The notes under the pieces were generated by a model. The model was not told the origin of the DNA, made no database searches, and saw only the letters and a program-made list of their open reading frames with translations. Below are positions 55,995 to 64,000 of a DNA stretch of 64,000 nucleotides, one piece after another. The DNA is from an uncultured Pseudobdellovibrionaceae bacterium. GTDB lineage: Bacteria > Bdellovibrionota > Bdellovibrionia > Bdellovibrionales > JAGQZY01. Each line of letters begins with the position of its first letter. Position 1 is the stretch's first letter. The stretch spans positions 145,576-209,575 of the forward strand of contig CAYGNH010000005.1 of NCBI GenBank assembly GCA_964351315.1, written 5' to 3'. The position numbers and the translations under genes are program-made.

Positions 55995-56177
55995 GGTACG
56001 CCGTTCCCTTTTTTCGGTACGCCGTTCTTTCTTGAGCAGCGTCAAAATCAAAATGCTATTCCAATCAAACTGAATTTGGAGGGTCTTCAGGTAAAGCTCC
56101 ATTTATAAGACCAAATGCCTCTACGAATGACGCTGCTGGAAAAGGAACGGCGTACCGAAAAAAGGGAACGGCGTACC
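55995..56177. repeat. 183-bp palindromic intergenic element: perfect 33-nt inverted arms (extendable to ~50 nt, imperfect), each containing two direct copies of GGTACGCCGTTC
   Basis: 55995-56027 (ggtacgccgttcccttttttcggtacgccgttc) is the exact reverse complement of 56145-56177. The adjacent 17 nt match at 13/17. It fills the whole gap between convergent serA and the 56177-57526 gene. Confidence 0.9.
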
Positions 56178-57526
56178 TAAAGGAGCAGTTGGAAGCAGAG
56201 GCAGGCGACCACAGTTGGGATGGCGGCGCCCATTAGTAGTTTTAGGGGGTTGATGCCGCCGTTGAACGAGCCTTTTAGAATTCCGTAACCGGCGGGGTTG
56301 GGTGCGTTGGCGATCACGGTTAAACCACCACCTGCAACGGCTCCGGCGACGAGGTTGTATTTGGCGCTGTCACTCAGCTCCACCAGTGAGCCAAGATAGG
56401 TCAAAGCCGCGTTATCGGTGATGGCGGTCAGGCCGGTGGCTCCCATAAATAGCGCCAAGTCACCCAACTGGGTGATCACTTTTGACAGCCACCAGGCTTG
56501 CTCTTGGCCCAAGGTGACAAGCCCAGCCAGGAAGAAGCCTACCAGCAAAGACTCTTTCAACTTGGGTTGATCTTGATACTCTTGAGTGACAGATACAAAC
56601 CCTAAGAAGAACAAAAAGAACCCCATAAAAAACACCATGTGATGAGCCGTGTAAACCACAAGGGCCAAAGACACTAAGTGCACGGCCGTGATCCAAAAGG
56701 TTGGCTCCATATAGTTGTCGTGTTTTTGTTTGATATGCAGCTTGCCGACCAATTCATTTTTGAAAAACAGGGCCGTACCAATCGTACACAAGACAATGGA
56801 GATTGCCGCTTTGTAGCCAAAATTCATAGCCATATGCTCAATACCCCAGTGCCATTTGCTGGCCACCATCAAAACTGGCGGGGCGGCAAAGTGAGTTAAA
56901 GTTCCACCGATCGAGATATTAACAAACAACAGTCCCAAAGTGGCGTACTTGAATTTGGGAGTCATTTTTCCAGAGAAAAAGTAATCAAGAAGAATCAGTG
57001 CCGTCACAGTCATGGCCGCTGGTTCCGTGATAAACGAACCTAAAAGTGGGCCGATGATCAAAGCCGAAATATAAAAAGACAACTTCTCGGGCAAAGGAAT
57101 AAGCCTAGCCACGATCATAATGCATTTTTCAGCAAACAGAATGACCGGGCGGGTCCCCGCCATACACATAATCACAAAAACAAAAGCTGGCTCTGTGTAG
57201 TTGATTCCCTCTAAGTAATGAACTGCCCCACCAATCAAATTGTGGTGGTCATCAAATTGGGTAAAGCCCTCCAGTCCGATATAGCAAGCAATAAACAACC
57301 CGGCCCAGATACCAAAGATGGCCTCAACCTCTCCCAGAAAATGCAGCAGGTTTTCTTGAATCGACCCTTCCGGGTATTTATGGGCCAGGGCCTCAAACTT
57401 GGTGGCCACAAAGGTGTGCAAAACGGCAAAGGCAAAAAGAACGGTTCCAATGATTTCTAAAGTGGTTGGACCAGACCCCATAGCGACTTCGGCCACTTGC
57501 TGAACAGATTCGTGCTGAACTTCCAT
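56177..57526 (-). CDS. polytopic membrane protein, possibly of the 'putative Na+/H+ antiporter' (DUF1504-like) family
   Basis: About 449 aa from the ATG at 57526 (AGAGGAG 9 nt upstream), with about 12 hydrophobic helices. The family assignment is from memory of the N-terminal VLHTF...F pattern and is tentative. Confidence 0.6.
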   Translation of the reverse strand: MEVQHESVQQVAEVAMGSGPTTLEIIGTVLFAFAVLHTFVATKFEALAHKYPEGSIQENLLHFLGEVEAIFGIWAGLFIACYIGLEGFTQFDDHHNLIGGAVHYLEGINYTEPAFVFVIMCMAGTRPVILFAEKCIMIVARLIPLPEKLSFYISALIIGPLLGSFITEPAAMTVTALILLDYFFSGKMTPKFKYATLGLLFVNISIGGTLTHFAAPPVLMVASKWHWGIEHMAMNFGYKAAISIVLCTIGTALFFKNELVGKLHIKQKHDNYMEPTFWITAVHLVSLALVVYTAHHMVFFMGFFLFFLGFVSVTQEYQDQPKLKESLLVGFFLAGLVTLGQEQAWWLSKVITQLGDLALFMGATGLTAITDNAALTYLGSLVELSDSAKYNLVAGAVAGGGLTVIANAPNPAGYGILKGSFNGGINPLKLLMGAAIPTVVACLCFQLLL

Positions 57527-57690
57527 GTTGCAAACTCCTCTTAAGAATTCCAATTATAGGAGGATTTACGGTGGGATACAAGAATATGGCGGCATGGGTT
57601 CCAGTTCCGGACCCCCCTTCGAATGATGCTCTGCATTTGATTTTTCATTATGACCTAGTCAAAGCCCCAAAGCTTTTCTATGACCCACGT

Positions 57691-58836
57691 ATGTCCCTCC
57701 CGGAAAAAGTGGCTTTTATAGTCAACGATACGCAATTTTTCCTATCTCACAGAATCTCATTGGCCCGCGAAGCTAGTAAAATTTTTGAAACCGTGGTCAT
57801 CGTGCCCAAATCCGAGCTCAACCACAAAATTAAAAGCGAGGGTTTTCGGGTTGTGGAATACCCCTTGGCAAAAACCGGGACCAACCCATTCAGCGACCTC
57901 TGGACGATTTTTAAAATTTTTCAAATTTTGCGAAAAGAAAAGCCAAACTTGGTGCACAGTTTTACGATCAAACCCGCTTTGTACGGATCTCTTGCTAGTC
58001 GTTGGGCCGGGGTTCCAAACATCATCGTCACAATCACCGGCCTTGGATACGTCTACGTTTCTAATTCTAAAAAAAGTAAAGTTATAAAACTCTTTGTGGA
58101 TGCTCTTTACAAGTGGGCCATGCAGACCCCTAAAGTTCATGTGATTTTTCAGAACCCTGACGACAAGTCTCTATTTACGGACAAAGAGTTTGTCCCAGAT
58201 TACCGAACCACCATTATTCCTGGCTCTGGCGTTGCCCCGGACAGGTTTTACCCAAAACCAAAATCACAAGCGTCTAAAACATTTAAAATTTTAGCTCCTT
58301 GTCGCATGCTTTGGGACAAAGGGGTCGGAGACTTAGTTGAGGCTTTTTTAAGCTTAAATCTCGATCATAATTTTCAACTTGTTTTAGCCGGTAAGACCGA
58401 CCCATCCAATCCGTCAGCGATTCCTAACAAACAGCTTCGCGAATGGGAGTCTCAGGGAAATATCAAATGGCTTGGCCATGTTAGTGACATGAATACACTT
58501 TACAGCGATTGTGACATTGTCTGTCTGCCCTCTTACCGAGAAGGCCTTCCGCTGTCCCTATTGGAGGCCAGTCTTTGCCAGAAGCCGATCGTCACAACTG
58601 ATGCTCCAGGCTGTAACTTTTTAGTCGAACACAATGTAAATGGCTTAATTTTTCCGCCACGAGATGTGAAGAAGCTGGCCGATACATTGGCGTTGTTGAT
58701 CAGAGATGATAGTCTCAGAACTAGATTAGGAAAAGAGGCTCGCGAGATTGCACTGAATCGTTACACTGCCGATGCTATCAATGAACAAATTTTGAAATTT
58801 TATAAACTCAAACAAAAACGGGAACACAATGCTTAA
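57691..58836 (+). CDS. glycosyltransferase family 4 (GT-B)
   Basis: KVAFIVNDTQFFLSHRISLA N-terminus and C-terminal E..LPLSLLEA (EX7E-like) motif. Start chosen at ATG 57691; the ORF track begins at GTG 57571. Confidence 0.8.
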   Translation: MSLPEKVAFIVNDTQFFLSHRISLAREASKIFETVVIVPKSELNHKIKSEGFRVVEYPLAKTGTNPFSDLWTIFKIFQILRKEKPNLVHSFTIKPALYGSLASRWAGVPNIIVTITGLGYVYVSNSKKSKVIKLFVDALYKWAMQTPKVHVIFQNPDDKSLFTDKEFVPDYRTTIIPGSGVAPDRFYPKPKSQASKTFKILAPCRMLWDKGVGDLVEAFLSLNLDHNFQLVLAGKTDPSNPSAIPNKQLREWESQGNIKWLGHVSDMNTLYSDCDIVCLPSYREGLPLSLLEASLCQKPIVTTDAPGCNFLVEHNVNGLIFPPRDVKKLADTLALLIRDDSLRTRLGKEAREIALNRYTADAINEQILKFYKLKQKREHNA

Positions 58837-59836
58837 TTATCTTGAAGTCCAAAAGGAACTGAAGTCCAACCCAAAAAAATGGCTAGTCACCGGCTGTGCG
58901 GGTTTTATCGGTTCTAACCTGAGCTTAAAACTTCTTGAGCTTGGTCAGTCGGTAACTGGTATTGACAACATGTCTACCGGCCAGCAAAGAAATATTGATG
59001 AAATCTCCAAGGAGTTTAATGATTTCGAATTTATTAAGGGTGACATAAGAGATTTAGAAGCCGTAAAAAAATGTGTTACCGGGAAAGATTACGTCCTTCA
59101 GCAAGCCGCCTTAGGCTCTGTCCCTCGCTCAATAGCCAACCCTCTCGATTCTCACAACTCTAACGTCAACGGGTTTCTAAACATGCTCATCGCCACCCGT
59201 GATGAAAAAGTTCCAATGGTCTACGCCTCCAGCAGTTCAGTTTACGGTGATCATCCCGATTTGCCAAAGGTAGAGGAAAACATCGGACAACCCCTATCGC
59301 CTTATGCCGCGACCAAAGCCATCGATGAGCTTTATAGCAATGTGTTTTCTTTGACCTACGACGTGAATGTGACGGGTCTTCGTTATTTTAATGTTTTCGG
59401 GCCAAGACAAACTCCGGACGGCCCCTATGCTGCGGTTATTCCGAAATGGATCGCCCGAATCTTAAGGGGAGAACCCGTAGAAATTTTCGGAGACGGTGAA
59501 ACCTCTCGAGATTTTTGCTTTATTGAAAACGCCGTGCAAGCCAATATTATGGCCGCTTTTCATTCTGATAAAAACAAGAGTGGAGAGGTTTACAATATCG
59601 CAGCAGGTCGCCGTACAACTCTAACAGAACTGTTTAATATCATCGTTGAAAATCTACTGAGCCACCGCCCTGATTTGGCAGGGCTCAAAGCTACCTATAA
59701 AGACTTTCGCCCAGGCGACGTGCGCCACTCTTTGGCTGACATCTCTAAAGCCCAGAAAAACATAAAGTATCAACCCACTCATGACGTGCTTGCTGGCCTC
59801 AGTCAAGGTATCGATTGGTACGTGGAAAACCTGTGA
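58829..59836 (+). CDS. NAD-dependent UDP-sugar 4-epimerase, WbpP/TviC/CapD-like
   Basis: VTGCAGFIGSNL Rossmann motif; SSSSVYG and SPYAATK (S/YxxxK triad); RYFNVFGPRQ; GDGETSRDFCFIEN. Confidence 0.9.
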   Translation: MLNYLEVQKELKSNPKKWLVTGCAGFIGSNLSLKLLELGQSVTGIDNMSTGQQRNIDEISKEFNDFEFIKGDIRDLEAVKKCVTGKDYVLQQAALGSVPRSIANPLDSHNSNVNGFLNMLIATRDEKVPMVYASSSSVYGDHPDLPKVEENIGQPLSPYAATKAIDELYSNVFSLTYDVNVTGLRYFNVFGPRQTPDGPYAAVIPKWIARILRGEPVEIFGDGETSRDFCFIENAVQANIMAAFHSDKNKSGEVYNIAAGRRTTLTELFNIIVENLLSHRPDLAGLKATYKDFRPGDVRHSLADISKAQKNIKYQPTHDVLAGLSQGIDWYVENL

Positions 59837-60696
59837 CGGCCTCTCAGAAACAAATCGTTATTTTGGGGGGAGGAGGTCAGTTGGCGCACCACCTCGCTGT
59901 TGCGATGGCTCAAAAAGACCAATGGCAGGTGACCAGTCTCGGCCAAGCGCAGTTCGATCTACTCGCCCCAGCAGAGACCAACCTGAAAAAGTTGGACAAA
60001 CTGAACCCCGACGTCGTAGTGAATTGCGCGGCCTACACCCTAGTGGATAAAGCTGAGTCTGAAACTGAAAAAGCTTTTGCCATTAACGACGTGGCTCTTT
60101 CCCCTCTCTCAGCTATTTGCAACCACTTAGACAGCGAACTGGTCCATATTTCGACCGACTTTGTATTTGATGGGGCCAAAAAAAGCCCCTATGTAGAGTC
60201 CGACCAATGCCACCCACTTTCTGTTTACGGCAAGTCAAAAAGACAGGGAGAACTGAGGGTCATCGAAGAATGCAAAAGATTTTCAATCTTTAGAACCTCG
60301 TGGCTTTACTCAAAAACGTTTCCCTGCTTTTTAACCACCATGCTCCGCCTGGCTAAAGAAAGAGACTCACTCAATGTGGTCAATGATCAAATTGGCTCTC
60401 CGACATCAGCCCTCTCTTTGGCCCAGGTCTTAACCCAATACATTGATCACGAGGGTGCTTCAGCCAACGATATTTTCCATGTCTCTGATGAAGGAGAAAC
60501 CAGTTGGTTCGACTTTGCAGTCGAGATCTTTCAACAATCAATTGTTAACATTTCAGTCAACCCGATCCCCTCCTCAGACTACCCGACTGCGGCCACTCGT
60601 CCTACTTATTCGGTTATGGATAAAACAAAAATAAAAAGTTATCTCGGGATCGAACTCCCTCAGTGGCAACAGGCGCTAGCGAACCTTTTACAATGA
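59833..60696 (+). CDS. rfbD: dTDP-4-dehydrorhamnose reductase
   Basis: Collinear with E. coli RfbD from memory (PDVVVNCAAYT.VDKAESE, HISTDFVFDG, YGKSK..GE, FRTSWLY, MLRLAKER..L.VVNDQ.GSPT, RP.YS.MD). GTGA overlap with the upstream stop; the ORF-track start is at 59815. Confidence 0.9.
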   Translation: MTASQKQIVILGGGGQLAHHLAVAMAQKDQWQVTSLGQAQFDLLAPAETNLKKLDKLNPDVVVNCAAYTLVDKAESETEKAFAINDVALSPLSAICNHLDSELVHISTDFVFDGAKKSPYVESDQCHPLSVYGKSKRQGELRVIEECKRFSIFRTSWLYSKTFPCFLTTMLRLAKERDSLNVVNDQIGSPTSALSLAQVLTQYIDHEGASANDIFHVSDEGETSWFDFAVEIFQQSIVNISVNPIPSSDYPTAATRPTYSVMDKTKIKSYLGIELPQWQQALANLLQ

Positions 60697-61703
60697 AAAC
60701 AACTGTGAACAGATCTTCTTTAGTATCGATTTCAAGAATATTAAAAAATGTGGTCCCCAAGGCTCAACAACAAATCTACAAGTTCATAGGGAACAAAGAT
60801 CACCACCCTACCTGGGACTACAAAGTTTTACACAGCGAGCCCTGTAGTATAAAAAATCCTAAAAAACTGTGTTTGTTTGCACACTATTCTAGGTCTGAAC
60901 AAGATGACTCCACATTGGTCGAGTACCTGCGAGAACTGAAGGAATGTGGAATACCAGTGGCCCTGTGCACGACCAATGGAAATCTAACCCCAGACTTAAT
61001 GAACAGTATCAAATCTGTGACCTGCATGGTGATACAAAGAAATAACGTCGGTTTCGATTTTGGATCTTGGGCCACATTGCACAAAGAGTTCAAAAAGCTA
61101 AAGGAAGACTATCTTCTAAACTTGGACCAACTGTTACTGGCAAACAACAGTGTGATCGGCCCCCTATATCCCTTGAAACCTATTTTCGAAAAAACAGAAC
61201 TTATCGATGCTGACTTTTGGGGCATGACCGCAAGTTGGCAAATTCAATGGCACCTACAAAGCTACTTTTTGTCGTTTAACAAAAAGGTTTTAGAATCTAG
61301 CTTTCTACTTACCTTTTTGGACAATATTAAACTTTACAAAAGCAAACAAAGGGTTATCCATGAATACGAATTGGGGTTAAGCCAAGCATTGGTCAAAGCT
61401 GGTTTTCAAGGAAGAGTCGCCTTCTCAACAGATCAGATCGAGACTTCACACCCCGAAAGAGTGCCCTTGTTCTCAAATCCGAACCCAACCCTATGCTTCT
61501 GGGATCTCTTGATCGAAGATCTCCACTTCCCTTTTCTAAAAAAACAGGTTCCTCGGGAAAACCCCTTAGGAAACTTCACCTTTTCTGACCTCAAATCGCT
61601 GTTCCCTGAAGAAAATACAAGCCAAGAAAACTTTTTAAATCAAATTGGCTCTTTGCAGCCAATGGTGCCGCTACCTCCCAGAACCTCAACAGCGAAAAGC
61701 TGA
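60693..61703 (+). CDS. rhamnan-synthesis protein F (RgpF)-family glycosyltransferase
   Basis: FAHYS..., RNNVGFDFGSW, ANNSVIGPL, DFWGMT and WHLQSYFLSF are typical RgpF-family blocks. ATGA overlap with the rfbD stop. Confidence 0.75.
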   Translation: MKTTVNRSSLVSISRILKNVVPKAQQQIYKFIGNKDHHPTWDYKVLHSEPCSIKNPKKLCLFAHYSRSEQDDSTLVEYLRELKECGIPVALCTTNGNLTPDLMNSIKSVTCMVIQRNNVGFDFGSWATLHKEFKKLKEDYLLNLDQLLLANNSVIGPLYPLKPIFEKTELIDADFWGMTASWQIQWHLQSYFLSFNKKVLESSFLLTFLDNIKLYKSKQRVIHEYELGLSQALVKAGFQGRVAFSTDQIETSHPERVPLFSNPNPTLCFWDLLIEDLHFPFLKKQVPRENPLGNFTFSDLKSLFPEENTSQENFLNQIGSLQPMVPLPPRTSTAKS

Positions 61704-61814
61704 CTCTTTTCGCTTTTAATACCTAGCGTCAGACTTAACTAGAATCCATACAACCATTTAGAATTAGCCTAGATGTTTGATAGATATGAACTAAACAAAA
61801 ATGAAGGATGAGCT

Positions 61815-62732
61815 TTGGGCTGGCAAGAGGAAACTACTGTAATTATACCTGCCTACAATGAAGAGCAGGCCATAGAAAAATGTATTAAAACTCTTTTTGA
61901 AATGTACCCCAATATTCGACTGATTGTCGTAGATGATGGGTCGACAGATCAAACTTACGAGGTCGCAGAAAAGCTACTACCCCTATACGGAGAAAAGTTA
62001 AACATCATTCGACAAAGAATGAACAGAGGCTACGGGGCATCTCTTAAAAAAGGAATGGTCAAAACCCAAACGCCTATACTGGTTTGGTTCGACGCTGACC
62101 TTCAGCACCGCCCCGAATACCTGGAAGAAATGGTTCGCCCCGTTTTTGAAGATCGAGCTGAAGCCGTGCTCGGAGCCAGAGAAAAGGGATCGGCATTTGT
62201 CGTGCGAAGAATTCCCGGAAAAATGGTCTTACGGTTCATATCGCAAATCGTTGCCAGACAAAAAATTCCAGACCTGAACTGTGGTTATCGGGTTTTCCGC
62301 ACCAAAGTGATCTTGAGATACCTGCATTTACTGCCCGACGGATTCTCAGCCTCATCAACATCCACACTGCTGATGATCAAACGCAACTATCCCATCCAGT
62401 TTTTCCCACTGAAAGTGAATCAGCGAGTTGGCAAATCTTATGTAAAGATTTTTAGAGACGGTTTTTTTACACTGAATTTAATATTTCGCATCGTTCTGCT
62501 GTTTGATGCCTTCCTTTTCTTTTCATTGTTTGCATTTGCACAGATTTTGATTGGTGGCGCTTACTCGATTTATAAGGCCTACACCGTTGGTTTGGGCTTC
62601 CCTATCTTGGGCGTTCTCATCATTATGTCTGGCTTACTCACTTTGTTTCTCGGAATTTTGTCATCACAGATAAGCCAGATGAGACAAGAAAGGTTCGAAA
62701 TCCACGAGCTGAATCAGGAAAAAAAGCAATAA
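61815..62732 (+). CDS. glycosyltransferase family 2 with C-terminal TM helices (polyprenol-phosphate glycosyltransferase-like)
   Basis: VIIPAYNEE, VVDDGSTD and FDADLQH (DxD region), plus two C-terminal TM helices. TTG start with AGGA upstream. Confidence 0.85.
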   Translation: MGWQEETTVIIPAYNEEQAIEKCIKTLFEMYPNIRLIVVDDGSTDQTYEVAEKLLPLYGEKLNIIRQRMNRGYGASLKKGMVKTQTPILVWFDADLQHRPEYLEEMVRPVFEDRAEAVLGAREKGSAFVVRRIPGKMVLRFISQIVARQKIPDLNCGYRVFRTKVILRYLHLLPDGFSASSTSTLLMIKRNYPIQFFPLKVNQRVGKSYVKIFRDGFFTLNLIFRIVLLFDAFLFFSLFAFAQILIGGAYSIYKAYTVGLGFPILGVLIIMSGLLTLFLGILSSQISQMRQERFEIHELNQEKKQ

Positions 62733-64000
62733 TGTGCGGCGTGGGAGGCCTGGTTTCGTTTTCTGGTTGCGAAGAGCCTCAATTGGGCCCAATACTCGAA
62801 AACATGACCAAGCAACTTTACCACAGGGGGCCCGATGCTTTTGGAGTCAGCCGGTTCAAAAATGGCGGCTTTGCGCACACTCGATTGGCAATCATTGATT
62901 TAGACCCTCGCTCGAACCAACCTATGTGGAGCAATGACGACAACACCTGTCTTTCCTTCAACGGCGAAATCTACAATTTTAATGCCCTTCGCGAGCAAAC
63001 CAGAAATCGTTATGACTACAAAACCCAAAGTGACTCAGAAGTTATTTTAGCTTGTTACCAACTGTTTGGTCCAAAGGCCTTCGAGATGCTCGATGGCATT
63101 TTTGCATTTAGCCTGTGGGACGAAAAATTAGAGAAACTCTTCCTTGTCCGCGACCCTATCGGGGTAAAGCCACTGTATTACTCCCTGCAAGGAAACAAAA
63201 TAGTATTTGGCTCCGAAATAAAAGCCGTACTTTGCGATAAATCGATAGACCGATCGATTGACCTTGAGCAAATCAATCACTTCTTTACCTTTGGGCATAC
63301 CTCTTGCCCAGGAACTGGTCTGGAGGCGATTCACCAAGTCGAGCCCGGCCAGTTTGTCGAGTTCTCAAAAAATGGCCTGGCAACCCGACGTTATTGGGAT
63401 TGGAATATAGAACCAGTTACCGGAGATGCCCAAGAGCTTACCGAACAATTTGAAGAATTGTTTTTAAAAACTGTTCGCTCACAATTAGTTTCTGACACTC
63501 CCCTAACCTGTTTTCTTTCAGGGGGGCTTGATTCTTCTGCCATAGCCTGGGCCTTATCCCAAGGTGATAATTTGGATGTGGAAATGTTCTCCTATGGTTT
63601 TAAAGATGACTTCCACGACGAGTCAAAAGAGGCCAAGGCGACGGCCAGTCACTTGGGCCTTCCTTTCAATTCTGTCCTTGAAGACGAAAACTTTAGAGAC
63701 CTTCCCCAGAAGTTATCATGGTTTCTGGAGGACCCCATGGCCGACTCGTCAAGCCTGGCCTTCTTCGGCCTTTGTCAGGCCGCTTCAAAAAAATACAAAG
63801 TGGCTTTGTCTGGCGATGGCGCTGATGAACTTTTAGCGGGTTACTCGACTTATCCTGCAACGTCCCTTTCTAATCGCCTGCAAAAGATTGGTTTTAACCT
63901 CATTGCACCAACCTTGAGGTCCTTCGCTCAAAGTATCCCACCAAACCCACACCCTTACTCGTTTCAACAAAAGTTTTCTCGGTTTACCAATTTTGGCTCC
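62732..64000 (+). CDS. asparagine synthase (glutamine-hydrolysing)-family amidotransferase, N-terminal 423 aa (gene runs off the window end)
   Basis: Own translation from ATG 62732 (TAATG overlap with the GT2 stop): MCGVGGLVSF... with Cys2 as nucleophile, HRGPD, FNGEIYN, VRDPIGVKPLYY and the PP-loop SGGLDSS. Open to 64000, so absent from the ORF track. Confidence 0.9.
   Translation, partial: MCGVGGLVSFSGCEEPQLGPILENMTKQLYHRGPDAFGVSRFKNGGFAHTRLAIIDLDPRSNQPMWSNDDNTCLSFNGEIYNFNALREQTRNRYDYKTQSDSEVILACYQLFGPKAFEMLDGIFAFSLWDEKLEKLFLVRDPIGVKPLYYSLQGNKIVFGSEIKAVLCDKSIDRSIDLEQINHFFTFGHTSCPGTGLEAIHQVEPGQFVEFSKNGLATRRYWDWNIEPVTGDAQELTEQFEELFLKTVRSQLVSDTPLTCFLSGGLDSSAIAWALSQGDNLDVEMFSYGFKDDFHDESKEAKATASHLGLPFNSVLEDENFRDLPQKLSWFLEDPMADSSSLAFFGLCQAASKKYKVALSGDGADELLAGYSTYPATSLSNRLQKIGFNLIAPTLRSFAQSIPPNPHPYSFQQKFSRFTNFGS

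Noticed and set aside
1-64000. Looked for CRISPR arrays, rRNA, transposases, integrases, phage genes, toxin-antitoxin pairs and known defence-system signatures.
   Set aside because: I found no regularly spaced direct repeats and no recombinase, transposase or phage motifs in any listed ORF or in my own translations. The only HNH gene is a small stand-alone type of a widely distributed kind. The region reads as core chromosome with a few accessory patches.

Overview
Gene-dense chromosomal region of a Gram-negative bacterium: about 60 CDS and one tRNA-Arg(TCT). I found no rRNA, CRISPR array, transposase or integrase. The gene content resembles a Bdellovibrio-like or Oligoflexia-type predator, but this is inference only: LpxD, an LptF/G permease, a RomR-like polarity regulator, a membrane H+-pyrophosphatase, a mitochondrial-type aconitase, hutUH, and many secreted proteins and lipoproteins. 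Housekeeping blocks are tex/lpxD, hppA, yqhD, def-fmt-rpe-hutH-hutU, nadC-birA, acn, bolA-grxD, korAB, plsC/cdsA-like and serA. The window ends in a rhamnose-type surface-polysaccharide cluster (GT4, WbpP-like epimerase, RfbD, RgpF-like, GT2, AsnB-like; 57.7-64 kb). Items most worth a second look: (1) A complete archaeal/eukaryal-type topoisomerase VI operon (top6B-top6A) lies just downstream of a co-oriented small HNH nuclease gene, and Top6B carries an acidic-then-lysine-rich C-terminal tail. (2) A secreted protein carries a very clear thrombospondin type-1 repeat plus FG-GAP-like repeats, next to a transmembrane Hanks-type kinase. (3) A good sigma-54 (-24/-12) promoter with an upstream inverted repeat precedes an orphan lipoprotein operon, which is followed by a four-gene phosphorelay lacking a DNA-binding output. 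(4) A 7-TM alkaline-ceramidase-family protein retains the His triad. (5) Two long intergenic palindromic elements (118 bp and 183 bp) sit at convergent or tRNA-adjacent positions. (6) A sigma-54 enhancer-binding regulator is translationally coupled to a divergent CdsA-like gene and a PlsC-like gene. All functional calls rest on motifs I read in the translations; no database search was run.
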